A stretch of 64,000 bases of DNA, from the NCBI GenBank assembly GCA_963718615.1, contig OY970368.1, positions 2,464,001 to 2,528,000 of the forward strand, in the 5' to 3' direction. The stretch is from an uncultured cyanobacterium. GTDB taxonomy: Bacteria; Cyanobacteriota; Cyanobacteriia; PCC-9006; JAAUQQ01. A program made the translations under genes and the position numbers. The notes under the pieces were generated by a model. The model worked only from the letters and a program-made list of their open reading frames with translations, was not told the DNA's origin and did no database searches. Shown here piece by piece: positions 58,102 through 64,000 of the stretch (positions within the stretch are counted from its first letter, which is position 1; the number at the start of each line of letters is the position of its first letter).

Positions 58102-60072
58102 ATGTCCGCTGAGCGATCGCCCGAACCCCAACCCGCTGAGTCTCATCCCTTAGCCACTGATTTTGCGACGGATCTAGATAGTCCTGACCCCAAACACCTC
58201 GTCAGCGAACTGTTGCATCGCTCTTGGTTGCATCGGCTCTTCTACTCCTGGGAACACCATCCCCAACGAGGTTGGTGGGCAGCAGTGAGCTGGATAGCGC
58301 TGATCAGCGGCTTAGCCTTTCTCATCGGTCTAGGCAGCATTGGTCTTGTGGATGAAACCGAGCCGCTGTTTGCAGAGGCCGCTCGACAAATGCTCGTGCG
58401 CGATGACTGGGTCACCCCCTACTTCAACGAAGCCACCCGGTTTGATAAGCCGCCGCTGATTTATTGGCTGATGGCGATCGCCTACCGACTCTTCGGCATC
58501 AACGAATGGGCCGTCCGCTTACCGTCCGCCCTTGCTGCCCTTGTGCTCACCAGTTTCGTGTTGTACACCCTACAACGCCACGGTATTCCTCGGTTTGGAC
58601 GGCAACTATTGCCTGGATACAGCCGCTGGTTTACCGCCTTTTTGGGGGCAGCGCTTACCGCCTTTAACCTTGAAACCCTTGCCTGGGCACGCATCGGCGT
58701 GTCAGATATGCTGCTTTCTGGCTGTTTTGGGTCTGCTTTGCTGACATTCTTCTTGGGCTACGCAGCAGCAGCTAAACGCTCCCATTGGCTCTGGGGCTTC
58801 TCTGTCAAAGACCGCTGGTATCTGCTGAGCTATCTGTTTATTGCCCTGGCCATCCTTGCCAAGGGACCTGTTGGAATTGTGCTACCTGGCATTATCGTGC
58901 TGGGATTCTTGATTTACGTGGGACAGTTGTGGCAAACCCTAGGGGAAATGAAGCTCTGGCGCGGCCTGCCGCTGATGGCGTTGATTACGCTGCCCTGGTA
59001 CATCCTGGTGATTCAGGCCAACGGCGAAGCCTACACCCAATCGTTTTTTGGCTACCACAACTTCGAGCGCTTCACCCAAACCGTCAATAATCACGGAGAA
59101 CCTTGGTACTTTTATTTTCTGGTAGTTCTCGTTGGGTTTGCGCCCTGGTCGCTGTTTTTGCCAACGGCGATCGCCCGTCTCAGTCTCTGGCAGCGGCGGT
59201 TCTGGACCCAGCAACCCCGTTCGGCTCAGCTCGGCATTTTTGCCACGGCTTGGTTTGTGGGCGTCTTTGTCTTTTTTACGATCGCCGCAACCAAGCTTCC
59301 CAGCTATGTCTTGCCCCTCATTCCCGCTGGAGCCATTTTGGTTTCGTTGTTGATGGGTGAGGCGATGACGCGATCGCCCCAGCCTCAACCCCAGGACACC
59401 ATTAATCGTCAGATTACAAATCTCCGCAGCCGCCCCGGATTTCCTCGCCTAGGCTGGGTCAATTTTGGCTTTGCTCTGTTCTTGGCGATCGCCATTGGTT
59501 CTGCTTACCTCTGGGTCCAGGTCATTGAAGATCCAGCCATGCCCGAGTTTCCCCAGGTCTTGCGGGATTCGGGGGTATTGATTTGGGGGAGTTTGATTAG
59601 TTTGGAGGGGGCGATCGCCATCTTCCTGCTGATCCGCCGTCGCCAAACCCGCTGGCTTTGGGCCGTGAATCTGATTGGGTTTGTGGCACTACTCGTCTGT
59701 GTGCTCGCACCTATCACTTTACTGATGGATCAACATCGCCAAGCACCACTGCGGGAAATGGCTGCTGTCACGGTCCAACAGCGTCAGCCCGAGGAGGAAA
59801 TGCTGATGGTGGCGTTTGAGAAACCGACCATGGTGTTTTATACCCAGCAACCCCTGACATTTTTCCGCCGGACGCGAACCACATTGCGCCACATCGAAGA
59901 ATTTAGCTTGGAGCAATCCAATCCGGAGACGCTGTTGATTTTGACCTATCCTCGTAAATTGCCGGATCTGGGGCTGAATCCAGGGGAATTTACAACATTG
60001 CATCAGGCTGGAGCCTATCAGCTCATTCGCGTACCCAAGGCGGTGTTTCGTCAGCATTTTTCTCAGGGATAG
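58102..60072 (+). CDS. ArnT/PMT family (GT-C) glycosyltransferase
   Basis: LVDETEPLFAEAARQM, RFDKPPLIYW, LAKGPVG, TKLPSY, multiple TMs. Confidence 0.92.
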   Translation: MSAERSPEPQPAESHPLATDFATDLDSPDPKHLVSELLHRSWLHRLFYSWEHHPQRGWWAAVSWIALISGLAFLIGLGSIGLVDETEPLFAEAARQMLVRDDWVTPYFNEATRFDKPPLIYWLMAIAYRLFGINEWAVRLPSALAALVLTSFVLYTLQRHGIPRFGRQLLPGYSRWFTAFLGAALTAFNLETLAWARIGVSDMLLSGCFGSALLTFFLGYAAAAKRSHWLWGFSVKDRWYLLSYLFIALAILAKGPVGIVLPGIIVLGFLIYVGQLWQTLGEMKLWRGLPLMALITLPWYILVIQANGEAYTQSFFGYHNFERFTQTVNNHGEPWYFYFLVVLVGFAPWSLFLPTAIARLSLWQRRFWTQQPRSAQLGIFATAWFVGVFVFFTIAATKLPSYVLPLIPAGAILVSLLMGEAMTRSPQPQPQDTINRQITNLRSRPGFPRLGWVNFGFALFLAIAIGSAYLWVQVIEDPAMPEFPQVLRDSGVLIWGSLISLEGAIAIFLLIRRRQTRWLWAVNLIGFVALLVCVLAPITLLMDQHRQAPLREMAAVTVQQRQPEEEMLMVAFEKPTMVFYTQQPLTFFRRTRTTLRHIEEFSLEQSNPETLLILTYPRKLPDLGLNPGEFTTLHQAGAYQLIRVPKAVFRQHFSQG

Positions 60073-60095
60073 TGGGAGCGATCGCTCCATTTTCC

Positions 60096-61109
60096 ATGTC
60101 CACAGTCGTCCCCGCTTGCCCCATGGCCCCCAAGAAAGACTGGTTTCAATTAGCATTCCGGCTCCAAGGCTCAGTTCTGCCGTTTATCTGGCAGCGAATC
60201 TTATTTTTCGGTGGGTTTAGTCTCCTGGTTGTCCTGGCCTATCAGTTTGCGCCCTTTCGCCAAGAGTTTTCACATTTTCATGCCTTGGTCAACAATGTCG
60301 CCTGCAACTTGGTATTAGGTTTACTTTTGGTTTTCCGTACGAATACTGCCTACGATCGCTACTGGGAAGGACGAAAAGCTTGGGGCACGCTGGTGATCAC
60401 CTTACGAAATCTGGCCCGTGAGGTTCAGGTGGGGGGCAATTGGGAGAACAAATCTGGGGACAAATCTAGGGACAGCACAACTGTTCAGGCAGAAAAGACA
60501 AGATTCTTGAATTTGATCGTCGCCTTTGCCCTGGCAACAAAACAGCATCTGCGGGGTGAGGCGCTGAGTGATGAGATTAAGGCTCTTTTTGCTGATGGGG
60601 AGCAATCAGCCTTGGAAAACGCCAAACATCTACCACTCTTTCTGAGTTGCTGTCTTTCCCAGTCCCTGCGGCGACTGTTCGAGACCGATTGTCTTAGCGC
60701 CAATCAATACACCGAACTCACCACCCATCTCAATGAGCTGACCACGGGGCTCACCAGTTGCGAGCGCATTGTGTCAACACCGATGCCCATTGCCTACAAC
60801 ATTTATCTCAAGCGTCTGATTTTGATTTATTGCACGCTCTTGCCGATCAGTCTGGTCAGCGAGGTTGGGTGGTGGACCCCAGTGGCAATTCTCTTTGTGA
60901 GTTTTGTCTTGCTTGGGGTCGATCGCATCGGCACCGAAATTGAGGATCCCTTTGGCTACGACGCCAATGATTTACCCTTAGATAGCATCTGTAGCAATTT
61001 GCAGAACACCATTGCTCAACTGGCCCAATTCGAAGGCTTGCCCCCTCTCGCGGAGACCGTAGAGACCGAGCGGGTAACCGCCACGGCGCAGAAAAACACC
61101 GTAAGATAA
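60096..61109 (+). CDS. Bestrophin family (YneE-like) ion channel
   Basis: LLLVFRTNTAYDRYWEGRKAWG, CERIVSTPMP, EIEDPFGYDANDLPLD. Confidence 0.93.
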   Translation: MSTVVPACPMAPKKDWFQLAFRLQGSVLPFIWQRILFFGGFSLLVVLAYQFAPFRQEFSHFHALVNNVACNLVLGLLLVFRTNTAYDRYWEGRKAWGTLVITLRNLAREVQVGGNWENKSGDKSRDSTTVQAEKTRFLNLIVAFALATKQHLRGEALSDEIKALFADGEQSALENAKHLPLFLSCCLSQSLRRLFETDCLSANQYTELTTHLNELTTGLTSCERIVSTPMPIAYNIYLKRLILIYCTLLPISLVSEVGWWTPVAILFVSFVLLGVDRIGTEIEDPFGYDANDLPLDSICSNLQNTIAQLAQFEGLPPLAETVETERVTATAQKNTVR

Positions 61110-61178
61110 GGGGGACCGAAAGTTACGTTTATTCTGGATGGAATCCAGAATCGTTCTAAGCATTTCTCTAATTTCGCT

Positions 61179-61646
61179 ATGGCTGACGAACAAGCTCCAG
61201 AACAAGCAAACAATCCGGCACCCGAGGCCAAACCCGCTGCAAAACCGGCAGGTAAGCCCGCAGCCAAAAAGGAAAAACCACCCCAGGTCGAAGACAAGCC
61301 CTTCAACGAGTTTATGGAGCAGCACTATGTGCCTTCGCTCAAACAGGCGTTGGTGGATAAAGGTGTGAAGGATTTAAGTTTGACCTTTGCCCAGCAAACC
61401 TTTAAGCCGGTGGGCGAATCCTGCTGGCAAGTGAAGGGATCCTGGGCCAATGGACAGCGACAATTTATTGTGGCGTTTCCTGAGGAAAACATTGGGGGGA
61501 AAAAGGCCTTTGCCTGTGCCGATGGCGGTGCTGAACCGAGCTATGTCGAACCCTTTTTGGGGGATGAGCGCAAGATGACCCTGGATCTAATGGTGTTCGG
61601 GGTTGTGCAGCGGCTCAATGGCCAGAAATGGCTGGGGTTGAATTAA
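61179..61646 (+). CDS. DUF2996 family protein
   Basis: KKEKPPQVEDKPF.EF, EPFLGDERKMTLDL, QRLNGQKWLG.N. Confidence 0.88.
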   Translation: MADEQAPEQANNPAPEAKPAAKPAGKPAAKKEKPPQVEDKPFNEFMEQHYVPSLKQALVDKGVKDLSLTFAQQTFKPVGESCWQVKGSWANGQRQFIVAFPEENIGGKKAFACADGGAEPSYVEPFLGDERKMTLDLMVFGVVQRLNGQKWLGLN

Positions 61647-61675
61647 CGTTTGAATTAACGTTTGAATTAACGGTT
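61640..61675. repeat. 12-bp tandem repeat GAATTAACGTTT x3 (third copy degenerate)
   Basis: Read directly; spans the DUF2996 stop codon. Confidence 0.85.
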
Positions 61676-61812
61676 AATCGATTGCATGGGGCTGAACCGG
61701 TCGAACGGCGGTTTGTCCGGCGGTTCGTCCCCCAGGGCTTTGATTGTGTCGCATCTACCTCCTTGAACCTGAATTGATGGCGGGCGATTAAGCCAACGCC
61801 AAGGAGAGAACT

Positions 61813-63696
61813 ATGGGACTTGTGCATCGATCGCTGATTTCACGGGGGACGGTAGCTTTGCTGCTGAGCATGGCTATCCTGCTAACGCTAGAGCCACCCA
61901 GTCAAGCCCAGGATTCCTTGCCGACGGGGGATGGGGTTTCGAGTCAAGACCAGGAAATTGTCAAACCGGAGGAGATTGACCCGAATGAGGCGATCGCCAA
62001 CGACCAGGACAAAGACAAAGATCCAGACCAAACTCCAGCCCCCCCGATTCCGACCTTGGGCGATCGCTGCGCCGCCGACACCCCCGATCTAGCCACGGAT
62101 CCCACGTTACCTCCCGTGGAAGCGCCCGAGGTTACGACAGTAGACCCTAGCCAAGTAGACCCTAGCCAAACTAAAACCGCTAACACCGAAGCAGCGGCTG
62201 AAGATCCAGAGCCAGAGCCAGAGCCTGAACCCGATTCAGAACCCGCATCAGCTCCAGAACTTGATCCGAAGGAAGCCGAACGCATTGAGGCAGAGAAGGC
62301 CAGGGCCGCTGAGGAAAAAGCCCTCGTTTGCAAACTGCATGAGGGCGATCGCCTCTACCAATCCGGTCAAAAAGCCGAAGCGCGAGCCATTTACCAAGCG
62401 GCTAAACCCGCCTTTGATGCCGCTGTCACAGTGCCCGAAACACCAGAACGCCCCGCTCCCATTAAGGATCCACAAGCACTTTCCCCCGCTGGCCAAGTTT
62501 TTTTGCGCGAAGCGGCTGCGGGTCAAGAACAGCATCTAGAAACCCGGATTCTGGTGCCGCTCAGCCTTTTGGTCGAAAAGCATCCCGAATATATTCCTGG
62601 CCATGGGCAGTATGCCGAGGCCCTAGTGGCTGCTGGGGACAGTCCCAAAGCCCTCGCTGTTTTAGAAAATGCCACGCGTTTGTATCCCAACGAGGCCGCT
62701 CTAGTCAAAGCTCGGGTCCAGCTCGCCAGCCAGCAAGGGCACTGGATGGACGCTGCCATGATCGCCCGACAGTTTGCCCAGCTCAACGCCGATCATCCTG
62801 AAGCCCCAGCCCTGGCCGCCCTTGCGGACGAAAATCTTAAGCGCTATCAGGGGGATGTGCGCGATACCCTCACCGCCAACACCATCGCCAATGTGATTAC
62901 CGGAGCCGCCAGCTATGCCATCACCGGCAGCATTTGGAACTCCCTCGGCGCACTCCAAACCACCACCCTGATGCTGCGGGGCGAGAAAGGAGTCGGCAAT
63001 AGCATCAGCAAGTCGGTGCAACAGCAAATCCCCCTAGTGGAGGATGAAGAGTTGGTCACCTATGTCAGTGAGCTGGGCCAGAAACTGGCGAAGGTCGCAG
63101 GGCGCAATGAGTTTGAGTACGAGTTTTTTGTGCTCCTAGACGAAAACCTCAATGCCTTTGCTTTGCCCGGTGGCAAGGTATTTGTGAATGTGGGAGCGAT
63201 CGCCCAAACCAGATCCGAAGCCGAGCTGGCCGGACTCCTCAGCCATGAACTCTCCCATGCCGTCCTCTCCCACGGATTTCAGCTCGTCAGCAACGGCAGC
63301 CTGCTCTCCGATGTCAGTCGGTTTATTCCCTACGGCGGTCTGGCTTCAAACCTCGTTGTCCTCAACTATAGCCGCGACATGGAGCGCCAAGCCGACGAGC
63401 TCGGCACCCAAATTCTAGTTTCAGCGGGCTATCCGTCAGATGGTTTGCGCAATTTGATGGAGACCCTAGGGGAAGAGGAAAAGGAACGCCCCCTCTTTGC
63501 TTGGCTTTCGACCCACCCGGAAACCGATGAGCGGGTCCACAACATCGAGCGTCAAATTCAGGCCGAAGGTTTCGATCGCTACGGCTTCGAGGGGGTAGAA
63601 CGCCACGATCGCATGCGCGAGAAGGCTCGTCGATTAATCGAAGTAGCCAAGAAAAAAGCAGAGGAAGAACAGAAAAATCGGCCCTGGTGGCGCTAG
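61813..63696 (+). CDS. Secreted M48 metalloprotease with TPR-like region
   Basis: Signal peptide, acidic Pro-rich linker, NAFALPGG, HELSH (HEXXH), YSRDMERQAD, STHP. Confidence 0.92.
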   Translation: MGLVHRSLISRGTVALLLSMAILLTLEPPSQAQDSLPTGDGVSSQDQEIVKPEEIDPNEAIANDQDKDKDPDQTPAPPIPTLGDRCAADTPDLATDPTLPPVEAPEVTTVDPSQVDPSQTKTANTEAAAEDPEPEPEPEPDSEPASAPELDPKEAERIEAEKARAAEEKALVCKLHEGDRLYQSGQKAEARAIYQAAKPAFDAAVTVPETPERPAPIKDPQALSPAGQVFLREAAAGQEQHLETRILVPLSLLVEKHPEYIPGHGQYAEALVAAGDSPKALAVLENATRLYPNEAALVKARVQLASQQGHWMDAAMIARQFAQLNADHPEAPALAALADENLKRYQGDVRDTLTANTIANVITGAASYAITGSIWNSLGALQTTTLMLRGEKGVGNSISKSVQQQIPLVEDEELVTYVSELGQKLAKVAGRNEFEYEFFVLLDENLNAFALPGGKVFVNVGAIAQTRSEAELAGLLSHELSHAVLSHGFQLVSNGSLLSDVSRFIPYGGLASNLVVLNYSRDMERQADELGTQILVSAGYPSDGLRNLMETLGEEEKERPLFAWLSTHPETDERVHNIERQIQAEGFDRYGFEGVERHDRMREKARRLIEVAKKKAEEEQKNRPWWR

Positions 63697-63809
63697 TAGG
63701 CGCTCGCTTCGCTGAATACTTTACTATTCCTTTAACGTAACTTAACGCAATAGTTGCGGAGTGACCTTGGTCACTTTGAAAGAGGAATATAAGTGTTTTC
63801 ACTGCAGGC

Positions 63810-64000
63810 ATGAAAACTCAATCTGTCGATCTTCTAGAGTCCGCTAAACGGGGTAACCTTGACGCCCTCAAAACGCTCATTAGTCGCCCTCTCGCTCACA
63901 AAGACATTACGGTTAGCGTCACGGTGATGAATCACTGCTTGACGGTGACCGCCGAAGCTCCCGATACTGCCCCTGATCAGGATTTTTTTGTCAATTTTCT
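63810..64000 (+). CDS. Hypothetical protein, N-terminal part only
   Basis: MKTQSVDLLESAKRGNLDALKTLISRPLAHKDITVSV..., open to the window end. Confidence 0.65.
   Translation, partial: MKTQSVDLLESAKRGNLDALKTLISRPLAHKDITVSVTVMNHCLTVTAEAPDTAPDQDFFVNF

Larger units (their letters stand above)
1..64000. repeat. HIP1 octamer GCGATCGC dispersed throughout
   Basis: Dozens of copies, e.g. near 335, 1038, 1244, 1580, 28069, 58113. Confidence 0.95.

Noticed and set aside
61640-61675. Possible CRISPR or iteron array
   Set aside because: Adjacent 12-bp units with no spacers, and no cas or rep genes.

Overview
Cyanobacterial chromosome segment; the HIP1 octamer GCGATCGC recurs throughout. Most genes are housekeeping: sdhB, smc, nblR, NAD kinase, ycf39, uvrB, rplU-rpmA, malic enzyme, PhoH2, SbcC, NrtR with a nicotinamidase-like gene, cobO, a Mg-chelatase H paralogue, a porin, an ArnT-like transferase, a bestrophin and an M48 protease. 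Two accessory regions stand out. (1) At 4.3-7.2 kb, an AT-rich caspase-FGE fusion gene is preceded by a frameshifted EACC1-like partner. (2) At 19.2-27.3 kb, a decayed type I restriction-modification locus has its hsdM-hsdS junction expanded into an array of cargo modules: an antitoxin with a truncated VapC, an MNT-HEPN pair, and a DUF6978-like + DUF1828-like pair whose first protein ends in a QLDLF clamp motif. The modules are separated by diverged copies of the hsdM 3' end, two of which survive as mini-ORFs overlapping neighbouring start or stop codons. Also notable are a degenerate MmcB-like nuclease fusion, and a cluster of Crp, SLC13, APH-AAA, USP and AtpTheta-like genes. No rRNA, tRNA or CRISPR array was recognised. 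All family calls come from motif recognition by eye, not from database searches.
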